37,445 nt of DNA, from positions 1 to 37,445 of IMG/VR virus record IMGVR_UViG_3300043478_000063; one strand, written 5' to 3'. Positions 1-7,224 of the stretch are shown piece by piece. The stretch's first letter is position 1. Each line of letters begins with the position of its first letter. The position numbers were made by a program, and so were the translations under genes. Origin of the DNA: a virus. Lineage: Duplodnaviria > Caudoviricetes. The notes beneath the pieces are model-generated. The model had not been told where the DNA came from. It did not search any database and was given only the letters and a program-made list of their open reading frames with translations.

Positions 1-335
1 CCGGCAGCGGCCCCGGCAGCGGCCCTGGCAGCGTCCCAGGCAGCGTCCCCGGCAGCGGCCCTGGCAGCGTCCCAGGCAGCGTCCCAGGCAGCGGCCCAGG
101 CAGCGTCCCCGGCAGCGGCCCTGGCAGCGGCCCTGGCAGCGGCCCCGGCAGCGGCCCCGGCAGCGTCCCAGGCAGCGTCCCAGGCAGCGTCCCCGGCAGC
201 GGCCCAGGCAGCGTCCCAGGCAGCGTCCCCGGCAGCGGCCCCGGCAGCGGCCCTGGCAGCGGCCCTGGCAGCGGCCCCGGCAGCGGCCCCGGCAGCGGCC
301 CCGGCAGCGGCCCAGGCAGCGGCCCTGGCAGCGTC
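1..335. repeat. 12-bp tandem repeat, ~28 units, C(C/T/A)GGCAGCG(G/T)CC
   Basis: Directly visible. On the minus strand it encodes [G/R/W][A/D]AA tetrapeptides. Confidence 0.98.
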
Positions 336-761
336 TAGAGTCGGTTGGGCGGTTTGCGCGCTCTCAGTATCCGAGATCGCCTTGAGCGCACGAACAGCCG
401 CTGCATGATCCTTGAGTCCCGCCAGGTCGAGCCACGCCGGAAGCTGAACACGCGACAGCCAATCGGCACACAGCCAGGCCCGATCTTCGTCGCGGCCATC
501 GTTCGCTGTTCCGATCACTCGAGCGGCATATGGCTTGAGTTGCTGGCGCGTCTCGTCGTCCAGCGCGTCGTTCCACGCTCGTAGGAAAGCTCCCAGAACA
601 GGAGATACGCAAGCCGGGTGATCGCTGAACGGCTCGCGCGCGATATATGCCGCCATCTCCATCACGCACATGCCGTCTGTGGGCGACTTGTGGCTGCCGG
701 ACTGGAGCATTAGGCCATCCAAGTCAATCGCCTTCTTATTGGCGGGCCGTGTTTTCGTCAT
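1..761 (-). CDS. Phage protein with Ala-rich tetrapeptide repeats, N-terminal part (continues at 37445->37198)
   Basis: Manual translation: MTKTRPANKK...GSHKSPTDGMCVMEMAAYIAREPFSDHPACVSPVLGAFLRAWND...PTLDAARAAAWAAAGAAA. Absent from the ORF track because it runs off the edge. Confidence 0.85.
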   Translation of the reverse strand, partial: MTKTRPANKKAIDLDGLMLQSGSHKSPTDGMCVMEMAAYIAREPFSDHPACVSPVLGAFLRAWNDALDDETRQQLKPYAARVIGTANDGRDEDRAWLCADWLSRVQLPAWLDLAGLKDHAAAVRALKAISDTESAQTAQPTLDAARAAAWAAAGAAAGAAAGAAARAAARAAAGAAAGDAAWDAAWAAAGDAAWDAAWDAAGAAAGAAARAAARAAAGDAAWAAAWDAAWDAARAAAGDAAWDAARAAAGAAA

Positions 762-909
762 GCGTTATCTCCTGCGACTGGATTTCAGCGACGACGCCGT
801 TGACGCGGGCCAGGAAGCGTTCCTCGCCGCGCGTCAGGGGGCGGGCCTTGCGCTCATCGAGCAGTTGGTTCACGAAGCGTGCGACCGCAAATTCAAAGAT
901 AGTGAGCAT
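736..909 (-). CDS. Small hypothetical protein (MLTIFEFAVARFVNQLLDE...)
   Basis: ATG 2 nt after the stop of 912..1190; fills the gap in a tightly packed minus-strand operon. Confidence 0.55.
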   Translation of the reverse strand: MLTIFEFAVARFVNQLLDERKARPLTRGEERFLARVNGVVAEIQSQEITHDENTARQ

Positions 910-911
910 GG

Positions 912-1190
912 TCAGTTCATTTTCGGGATCATGCGGATGTTGCGCACCACGCCGGCCAGGAAGTTCATATAGCCTTTGTCGTTGCAAAGCAGATCCATCT
1001 CGGCCTCGGTCATGCCGCGCACCGTAAGGTCCTCGGCCAGCATCATCACGGCGCCGCACCGGAGGCATACCGTCACGTCACCCGGAGACGGCCTGTCGTT
1101 CGCATCGGAACCGTCCGGAGCGACCGGGCCTACGGCATCCAGGCGTTTGCCGCACCCCAGGCATCGGCATTCCGGCGTGCGTGTTCTCAT
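912..1190 (-). CDS. Small zinc-ribbon protein
   Basis: CLGC...CLRC pair and PSPGDVTVCLRCG motif; ATGA overlap with the upstream gene. Confidence 0.75.
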   Translation of the reverse strand: MRTRTPECRCLGCGKRLDAVGPVAPDGSDANDRPSPGDVTVCLRCGAVMMLAEDLTVRGMTEAEMDLLCNDKGYMNFLAGVVRNIRMIPKMN

Positions 1191-1741
1191 AGCGCCAGAT
1201 CCTTCGCAAACGCGCGTTGCGGCGCGAGGGCTTCATCGGCGTCGAGCACGCGCCGTCCTTCGTTGATTCCCACCTTGAGCCGCTTCAGGCCGGGGAAGCA
1301 CCAGAGGGTGTAGTAGTTCGACGGGTCGAGCAGACGCGATTCCGCCGGGTACAACTCGAACGCCTCGCACTCAGGGCCGGCGATCTGGTTTTTGATTCCC
1401 TGGAATTCGCGCCAGTCGTGGCGCGCGGTGCCGTCAAGACTGTTGATCCCTATCTGGATCATTCCACCCCGCGTGCCGAATACCGGATCATCCGTCCAGC
1501 GGCGCACCGTCACTTGGTAGACATCGTTCTCCCACATTTCCGGGTGTTCCTGATCGTCAACTTTCCCATCGCTGAATTTATCGAGCGTGCGGTGTTGGCC
1601 GCTGACGGGCTCGGCCGCAGCTTCGGGGTGAGCCTCCCGCCAGGACGCGATCAGATTGCGCCGTTCTTCCACGAAGTCGCGAACCGAGTAATAGGCCTTC
1701 CTCTTCCTGATTTCCTGTAATATGGCGTCCGGTACGTTCAT
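1187..1741 (-). CDS. Conserved phage hypothetical protein (DUF7694-like)
   Basis: RHDWREFQGIKNQIAGPECEAFELYPAESRLLDPSNYYTLW motif; start MNVPD at 1741 overlaps the HNH stop (ATGA). Confidence 0.7.
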   Translation of the reverse strand: MNVPDAILQEIRKRKAYYSVRDFVEERRNLIASWREAHPEAAAEPVSGQHRTLDKFSDGKVDDQEHPEMWENDVYQVTVRRWTDDPVFGTRGGMIQIGINSLDGTARHDWREFQGIKNQIAGPECEAFELYPAESRLLDPSNYYTLWCFPGLKRLKVGINEGRRVLDADEALAPQRAFAKDLAL

Positions 1742-2028
1742 AGCTCCCCCAATAGCGGCCGCGCACGATCCTTTCGCCTGGCGCGGGTTGTGCGGGCCTT
1801 CTCGGCCCAGGCCTTGTAATCGTGCCGTGCATGGCACGGGTGGCAGAGGCTGGCGAGGTTCGCCAGGTCGAAGTTCGACGGGTCCTGGTCAAGGTGGGCA
1901 ATCTCGAGGCGCCGAGGGCAACGTCCGCATCGTTCGCACACCCCGCCGCTCCGGGCCAGCACCGAAGGACGGACGACCGTTCGCCAGTGGTGCCCGTAGT
2001 AGCGCCGAGCGTCAGGATGGATGGGCAT
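1738..2028 (-). CDS. HNH endonuclease
   Basis: CERC...AHLDQDPSNFDLANLASLCHPCHARHD, the usual small phage HNH pattern. Confidence 0.88.
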   Translation of the reverse strand: MPIHPDARRYYGHHWRTVVRPSVLARSGGVCERCGRCPRRLEIAHLDQDPSNFDLANLASLCHPCHARHDYKAWAEKARTTRARRKDRARPLLGEL

Positions 2029-2254
2029 CGAGGTTCACTCGCTTCGGCGCCGGCGCCGCGGCTGCATCGACCACCTCCCCCGAGATTTGCCGTTGCGAGG
2101 TTGCGGCGCCGGCTTGCGTTACGTGCGCAAGGTCAAATGGGACGCACGTCTCGCACGCCCCGAACTCAATCACCCGATCCAGTTTGCGGGCCGTCAGTCG
2201 CCAGACGGCGGGCTTGCCGCAGACCCAGCACGGCTGGGGACGTTTCGCGTTCAT
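2012..2254 (-). CDS. Small Cys-containing hypothetical protein
   Basis: CWVC...CETC; overlaps both neighbours in the operon. Confidence 0.6.
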   Translation of the reverse strand: MNAKRPQPCWVCGKPAVWRLTARKLDRVIEFGACETCVPFDLAHVTQAGAATSQRQISGEVVDAAAAPAPKRVNLDAHPS

Positions 2255-2448
2255 AGCCTTCCTCCCCGGTACGGACTCTTATCGTAAGACGGCACGTTGG
2301 CTTTCTTGCGGTGGATCTCCTGGTAGGAATCGTTCTCGCGGCGGATGCCGACCCCGCCGCAGGCAGAGCACGGCTTGTAGTGGAACTCGCCCGGTTTGCA
2401 TTTTGCGGGATCGATCACGGCGGGCGCTCCGCAGTAGAAGCAGATCAT
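2251..2448 (-). CDS. Small zinc-finger protein
   Basis: CFYC and CSACGGVG (CxxCxGxG); GGAGG upstream. Confidence 0.65.
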   Translation of the reverse strand: MICFYCGAPAVIDPAKCKPGEFHYKPCSACGGVGIRRENDSYQEIHRKKANVPSYDKSPYRGGRL

Positions 2449-2488
2449 GAGTTCAGCCTCCCGTCTTGCGTTACGTCCGCAAGGTCGA

Positions 2489-2902
2489 TCATTTTACTTC
2501 CTGCCAAGCATTCCAGTGATCCATGCAGTAGAAATATCCGTCATCTACTTCCCTGCGGTGGCATTCGCATATCCGGGCATCGCACGGCATTGGACGGCAT
2601 ATCATCAGTAGGGAATTCCGCTTCCTCACCAAAAGCGAACAACGGTCTATTCCCTCCTCAATACCGAGAATCACAGTCTGGCCATTGTCGGCCTCTGATT
2701 TTCCAAGCACCTTTGCCCAATGCCATCGAAAGCGTTTACGTCGGATTACCACGTTTTCAACACGTCGAATCGAGTCATTCACTCCAACTTGCCAAGCCTC
2801 TACCGTACCTACTTCTCCGTCTTCAACGATCCAGAAGCAATATTTCAAGTCGCGATCATGACCACAAAACTTACACGTTATGACGTGTTCTGGCAGGTAC
2901 AT
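2489..2902 (-). CDS. Cys-rich hypothetical protein
   Basis: CKFC at the N-terminus, CDARICECH...YCMDHW at the C-terminus; lower GC than its neighbours. Confidence 0.55.
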   Translation of the reverse strand: MYLPEHVITCKFCGHDRDLKYCFWIVEDGEVGTVEAWQVGVNDSIRRVENVVIRRKRFRWHWAKVLGKSEADNGQTVILGIEEGIDRCSLLVRKRNSLLMICRPMPCDARICECHRREVDDGYFYCMDHWNAWQEVK

Positions 2903-4014
2903 GGCGTCAAATCACTCCCAGTGCTTCCCAACCATCCGGAATCTCCGCACAGTTTACAGGCGGGCTCTGTCGGTGGGCTAGGGGCGGGCGGGGGCGGCGG
3001 TCTTCGGTAGCCGCGGAAACCTTTGGGGACGCCCGCTACCAGGACGCCGACGGGCGCACGGACGTTCCGGCTCAAGCCTCGTCCCATCTCAGTAACGCTG
3101 CCGGCTACTTCTTCAGCGGTCGCATCCGGGCATTCCTGGCGGCTCCTGGTTATGACGAGCTCCGCGGTCTTGAAATCGGCGGTCCCGAATTCGGCGAGTG
3201 CGGTTCGGACTTGGGTTACTTCTTCTAAGGTGGGTTCGGTCGGTTGGGGCGTGGGCTCCGGAAGGGGTTCGGGGTCCGGTTCGGGGGGGAGAGGATCTGC
3301 TGCTGCTGGCTGCGGTTCGGAGAGGACGGCAGCAGCAGCAGTAGTTCTTTCCTTTCCTGTCCTTTCCTCCTTATTAAGGCGGGACGGCGCGCAGAGGGCT
3401 TCTGCCTGCGCGCGGAGTTCATTTCCCCTAGATTCCCACCGCGCGATATCGTCTGCGAGGGCCTTTAACCCCTCGCGCGCGGGGGTAATTCCATCATCAG
3501 GCGTGATTTTCCAACGCTTTAGAAAGGTTTGGAGGGGTTTCAGTTCTGCGTCAGTTGGCTCGAAAATACCCCCCGCGCGCGGGGGGTATTTGGGTTTCTG
3601 CGCGGGCCGGGGAACCGCAAATGAGTATATCTCAACTTTCCCTTTGCGCAACGGGCCGTCATCCACAGACCGGCGGCATACGAGCCCTGCCTCTTCCAGT
3701 TCCACCAGGGAGCGGCGGACCCTCTCCTGGGATAAGCCCGTCTGCTCTGCGAGATCGGACGGAGCGAGTGAGACTTGCTTGCCGCCCACCATCTTGACGG
3801 CTAGTTCCTGCCTAAACCCCATCGTGGCGAGTTCCAGACAGGCGTAGACTTGGCGTGCATCGGAGGATAGCGAAATCCGCAGCAGGCGCTGGGGCCTGGC
3901 TTTGGGATTCATGTACCACTGCTTTTCAGGAATGATTATGGGTTGACCATCCGCACCCGCAACAGTGAATGTCGACGTCGCTCTGGATCGAACTGCGAGT
4001 GCTTCTGCGGTCAT
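2878..4014 (-). CDS. Putative replication initiator (N-terminal wHTH, Pro-rich linker, C-terminal Zn finger)
   Basis: SDLAEQTGLSQERVRRSLVELEEAGLV winged helix; CKLCGDSGW...CTC; internal palindromes like a lambda O-type ori. Confidence 0.7.
   Translation of the reverse strand: MTAEALAVRSRATSTFTVAGADGQPIIIPEKQWYMNPKARPQRLLRISLSSDARQVYACLELATMGFRQELAVKMVGGKQVSLAPSDLAEQTGLSQERVRRSLVELEEAGLVCRRSVDDGPLRKGKVEIYSFAVPRPAQKPKYPPRAGGIFEPTDAELKPLQTFLKRWKITPDDGITPAREGLKALADDIARWESRGNELRAQAEALCAPSRLNKEERTGKERTTAAAAVLSEPQPAAADPLPPEPDPEPLPEPTPQPTEPTLEEVTQVRTALAEFGTADFKTAELVITRSRQECPDATAEEVAGSVTEMGRGLSRNVRAPVGVLVAGVPKGFRGYRRPPPPPAPSPPTEPACKLCGDSGWLGSTGSDLTPCTCQNTS
3465..3591. promoter_or_regulatory. Candidate replication origin: perfect 28-bp palindrome (3564-3591) and a degenerate copy centred 100 bp upstream
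   Basis: AAATACCCCCCGCG|CGCGGGGGGTATTT at 3564-3591; ACCCCTCGCGCGCGGGGGT at 3468-3486. Confidence 0.55.
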
Positions 4015-4289
4015 TGCACACCCCCGGTTGGCTTCTGGTAAGCAAGGACAAACGCGGCAAGGCCGTTGCGATACTCTGCTTCCAGGGCGATCAATTCGGC
4101 GCGGGCCTGACGGTGGGTGTTTCTCACGAAGAGCAGGCAGTCTCGAAGGTGGGTGTCGTTTTCCGCCTGTTGAAAGGCCTGACGGCGGGCTTCAATCAGT
4201 AAATCTGCAAGCCACTGACGCGTTTCGGCGTGGGCGGGCGATTTTCCTGGCAACCACTCGTCATCTACTACAAAACTCGAAGGTACCAT
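4011..4289 (-). CDS. Hypothetical helical protein, translationally coupled to the rep gene
   Basis: AAGGA upstream of the ATG; ATGA overlap with 2878..4014. Confidence 0.65.
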   Translation of the reverse strand: MVPSSFVVDDEWLPGKSPAHAETRQWLADLLIEARRQAFQQAENDTHLRDCLLFVRNTHRQARAELIALEAEYRNGLAAFVLAYQKPTGGVQ

Positions 4290-4292
4290 CCA

Positions 4293-4589
4293 GAATCTTC
4301 CTTAGAATCAACGTGGGGAAAATTTCCCCGTCTGAAAACTACGGAAGATTTCAAGGAACTATGGCATCATGTGGATGTCCCTGGTTCCCCTCTTCCGTTT
4401 TGCGATTGATCTGATCCGCTCCTGCGAAACTCCTGCCAAGAAGAAACCGCAGTAGTGAAATCAGGTTGATTCAGTATCAGGGGGGACCTCGACTAGGGAT
4501 GGGAATGGCATCAGCCGGGGTACCGGAGCGGTACAATCCGGGCGATATCGTGATACCTTCCCGCGGAGTTGATAGGCTTCGGAGCCTAT
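4293..4589 (+). ncRNA. Candidate structured RNA / 5' leader upstream of the Cre-like recombinase
   Basis: Consecutive long stems at 4293-4350, 4355-4388, 4404-4471, 4501-4562 and 4572-4589; G-U pairs favour the + strand. No family assigned. Confidence 0.45.
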
Positions 4590-5544
4590 GCAACTCCACC
4601 TCTTCCCCGAAACCCCTGAAACCCCTGATCTCCATAGAGAACGGCAACGCTACAGGGAAGCCACGCTGGCCGACCAGACCCTGATCGGCTACCGATACGA
4701 CTGGTCCCTGTTTACGCGATGGTGCCGCCAACGGCAGCGCCAGGAACTGCCCGCCAATGCGGACACCCTGACGCTGTACCTGACCGACCTGCTGCACCAG
4801 AAGCAGAAGGTTTCGACCGTACGGCGGCGCTACTACGCCATCGCCTACTATCACCGGGTCCACCAGCTCGACTTCAGCGCCCGCGGCGAGGCGCTGCGCC
4901 TGCTGACCGGAGCCCAACGGCTGAAGGCCGAGAAACCGCGGCGGATGCGACCCGTCACGGTTCCCGACCTCCGCTCGATCTCCAGCCTGCTGCTTACGAA
5001 GACGACCGCGGCCGCCAAACGGGACCGGGCCGTACTGCTGGTCGGATTCACCTCTGCGCTGCGCAGCGTCAACCTGGCAGGATTGGCGCTCGATGATATC
5101 GAGTTCTGCTCCGAGGGCATGGTCCTCACGATACCGCGCGAAAAGCAGGACCAGGAGGCCCGGGGCCGGCTGATCGGGATTCCGTCCGGCAAGTCCGAGA
5201 CGACGTGCGCGGTCAAGGCTCTTCGTGAGTGGATGGCGATCCGGCCCAAGGTGCCCCACCGCGCGGTCTTCACCGGCCTGTCGGGCATGCACGCACGCCA
5301 GCCTATGGGAGCTGGCGCCGTCTGCGGCGTGGTCAAGCGGTACGTCCGGTCGATCGGGCTCGATGCGTCCTACTACGGGGCGCACTCGCTGCGAGCGGGC
5401 TTCATCACCGCCGCCGGCGAGGCCGGCTTGAGCGATCTGCTGATCGCGGAGCAGTCCGGGCACCGGTGCATGGACACCCTGCGGGAGTACCTCAGGCGCA
5501 CCCACGTCTTCCGCTCGAACGCCTGTGCGGCTCTCGACCTCTGA
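4588..5544 (+). CDS. Tyrosine recombinase, Cre-like (SAM-like core-binding plus catalytic domain)
   Basis: RDRAVLLVGFTSALRSVNL (R), REKQDQ (K), HSLRAGF (HxxR), GHRCMDTLREY (H, Y); no N-terminal arm-binding domain. Confidence 0.92.
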   Translation: MQLHLFPETPETPDLHRERQRYREATLADQTLIGYRYDWSLFTRWCRQRQRQELPANADTLTLYLTDLLHQKQKVSTVRRRYYAIAYYHRVHQLDFSARGEALRLLTGAQRLKAEKPRRMRPVTVPDLRSISSLLLTKTTAAAKRDRAVLLVGFTSALRSVNLAGLALDDIEFCSEGMVLTIPREKQDQEARGRLIGIPSGKSETTCAVKALREWMAIRPKVPHRAVFTGLSGMHARQPMGAGAVCGVVKRYVRSIGLDASYYGAHSLRAGFITAAGEAGLSDLLIAEQSGHRCMDTLREYLRRTHVFRSNACAALDL

Positions 5545-5575
5545 TCCGGGTTTTAGGTAGTTTTTCGTGTGTTCT

Positions 5576-5900
5576 CCCTCTGGCTCAGAAGAGGGTTCAG
5601 GATAGGCGGCTGGCTGAGTCGCCCCTGTGTGACAGGAGCCCAGCCGCCGTTTCCAAGTCCAACATGCCCGGGGATCAGCCGAACGCAGAAAGAATAGCAC
5701 ATAATCGTACGTCTCACGATTACGGGCCAACTCTCCTCCACGGGAACACCTCTTTCGAGGCGGCTCTTAGACTCGGCTGGAGATGAATTGCCGCCCTTAC
5801 CCGCGCCGGACGACCGGCGCACCGTAAGCAACATCCCGTACGTTACGCCCGCGATGCCGCGCGCGCAACCCGGTTGTCATTTTTTCCGGCGTGGGATTGC
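5576..5900. other. Structured intergenic region (candidate ncRNA and/or recombination site)
   Basis: Hairpins at 5576-5595, 5605-5648, 5695-5729, 5749-5760 (GAAA loop on the minus strand) and 5796-5828. Confidence 0.4.
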
Positions 5901-5926
5901 GTTGGCTGTGTGCATTCGCCCCCAAT

Positions 5927-6391
5927 TCACCTTTTCGTCGCCCTCGGCGGCGCGAGAAGCTTCCCCGCCAGACCGTCGAGGTCCACCCGCCGTATCCGGT
6001 ATTTACCCCCCGGACGCACGCCGACGTCCCGCGCCAGGAGCAGCCCCGACTGCACGAGCTCGATCAGGTAGCTCGCTGGCAGCCCGGAGTATTCCGCGGC
6101 CTCAGCGGCCGTGAGCCAGAGCCGCGGCGCGGCGGCCGCGGGCACAGGTGCGGGCTCGGTGCGGACGTGCGGAACCACCGCAGCACCCACCGGAGCAAGG
6201 ACTCCCCTCTTTGCGGCCGCGATGCGCTCCACGTCCGCAGCCAGGAGCACCATCTGCTCGCGTTGGGTCCCCGGATCGATTATGTGCCTGTGGCGGATCT
6301 TCCCTGCGTTCGATATCTCGAGAACGCGCCGCACGCTCAGCCCGAGTCGCTGCGCAGCGATGGCTTTTGTGAGGTATTCTGACTTCATCAC
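5927..6391 (-). CDS. Excisionase-like protein with two MerR-type HTH domains
   Basis: YLTKAIAAQRLGLSVRRV and WLTAAEAAEYSGL...KYRIRRVDLD; convergent with the recombinase. Confidence 0.8.
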   Translation of the reverse strand: MMKSEYLTKAIAAQRLGLSVRRVLEISNAGKIRHRHIIDPGTQREQMVLLAADVERIAAAKRGVLAPVGAAVVPHVRTEPAPVPAAAAPRLWLTAAEAAEYSGLPASYLIELVQSGLLLARDVGVRPGGKYRIRRVDLDGLAGKLLAPPRATKR

Positions 6392-6407
6392 GTAGTAGGT
6401 TTCCTTT

Positions 6408-6441
6408 GGCGGGTGGCCTCTGACACGGCTTCCCGCCTTTT
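6408..6441 (+). terminator. Possible intrinsic terminator
   Basis: GGCGGGTGGCC...GGCTTCCCGCC stem followed by TTTT. Confidence 0.4.
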
Positions 6442-6466
6442 CATTCTGTACCGGATAACCCCGGAA

Positions 6467-6604
6467 TCAAGTCACAATCAAGGCTAGTACCCATAGCGCC
6501 AGTCCTAGCGCCATGAGGTTGATCCGCGTCTGCGGCACGCCCACGGCAGCCAGCACAAACGAGATCAAAGCCAGCAACATCAGCACGATTTTCAGGGAAA
6601 CCAT
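6467..6604 (-). CDS. Small two-TM membrane protein (possible holin)
   Basis: MVSLKIVLMLLALISFVLAAVGVPQTRINLMALGLALWVLALIVT; GGAG ribosome-binding site upstream. Confidence 0.7.
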   Translation of the reverse strand: MVSLKIVLMLLALISFVLAAVGVPQTRINLMALGLALWVLALIVT

Positions 6605-6714
6605 TTCTTTCCTCCATTTGTTGGTGATACGATTGGCCCAACAAACACACAACCGCCGGGCCGGCCTTTTAAGTTCCCGATCCAATAGCCCGCATCCCAT
6701 CAGTCAGTACATCC

Positions 6715-7011
6715 ATGCCTCCCCAACCTGGAAAAATCCCTGTGGTTACGGCCTATGGCTTCTTGGAGTTTGCGGACGAAGCGCGGGTCCATCAGCTTGC
6801 GATGGCGCCTAATGCGCAATTCGTCAGGCGTCACAGCGACGGGCGGCTGATGCGGATTATTCTCGACTCTCACGGTGACGATTATGCGCTCAGTCCGCAT
6901 CGCGCGAATCCGCAATCGGACATCCACCATGCGGAAACAGACAGCAATCCGCCCCGCGTGTGGGCCTTCAAACGTCACTGCGGCGAACGTGCGGAGGAGC
7001 GGCGACCATGA
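6715..7011 (+). CDS. Hypothetical protein, first gene of the + strand late block
   Basis: Protein-like composition; its stop overlaps the ATG at 7008 (ATGA). Confidence 0.6.
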   Translation: MPPQPGKIPVVTAYGFLEFADEARVHQLAMAPNAQFVRRHSDGRLMRIILDSHGDDYALSPHRANPQSDIHHAETDSNPPRVWAFKRHCGERAEERRP

Positions 7012-7211
7012 CCGTAGGCACGCTTAAAAAACTGCTTGAGCCGCTCAACGACGGCTACACCATCATCGTGACCGGACCCTGTCAGGACGACGACGGGGAC
7101 GAGTGCGAAGTATGGTTCAGCCCGCAGACGGTGACGGAGAAGATGGAGCCCGACACCGGCGAGCACTACGCCTCTTTCGAATGCGTCCGCCTCGATAATT
7201 TCGAGCTGTAA
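7008..7211 (+). CDS. Small acidic hypothetical protein
   Basis: GGAGGAG ribosome-binding site; MTVGTLKKLL start typical of small phage proteins. Confidence 0.7.
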   Translation: MTVGTLKKLLEPLNDGYTIIVTGPCQDDDGDECEVWFSPQTVTEKMEPDTGEHYASFECVRLDNFEL

Positions 7212-7224
7212 ACCACCGTCGCCT

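Noticed and set aside
1-335. Terminal 12-bp repeats as a CRISPR array, telomere or terminal direct repeat
   Set aside because: There are no unique spacers, the units are contiguous and in frame within a protein gene, and no cas genes are present. The contig simply broke in the repeat.
3564-3591. Palindrome as an N15-type telRL with a protelomerase
   Set aside because: It lies inside a coding region, and both recombinases are short with HxLR motifs typical of Cre/Fim enzymes rather than ~600-aa protelomerases.
4477-5730. 417-aa minus-strand ORF and other long antisense or alternate-frame ORFs (e.g. 17905..19908, 21857..23374, 22024..23553, 23520..24674)
   Set aside because: These are shadow ORFs of high-GC genes whose real frames carry clear family motifs.
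4293-5926. Group I/II intron or hammerhead ribozyme around the recombinase
   Set aside because: No P7 partner for GACTAG (4491), no GUGCG...AY ends or domain V, and no CUGANGA/GAAA core found by eye.
6700-6978. Minus-strand 92-aa ORF
   Set aside because: The overlapping + ORF 6715..7011 is ATGA-coupled to 7008 and looks more protein-like. The choice is not certain.
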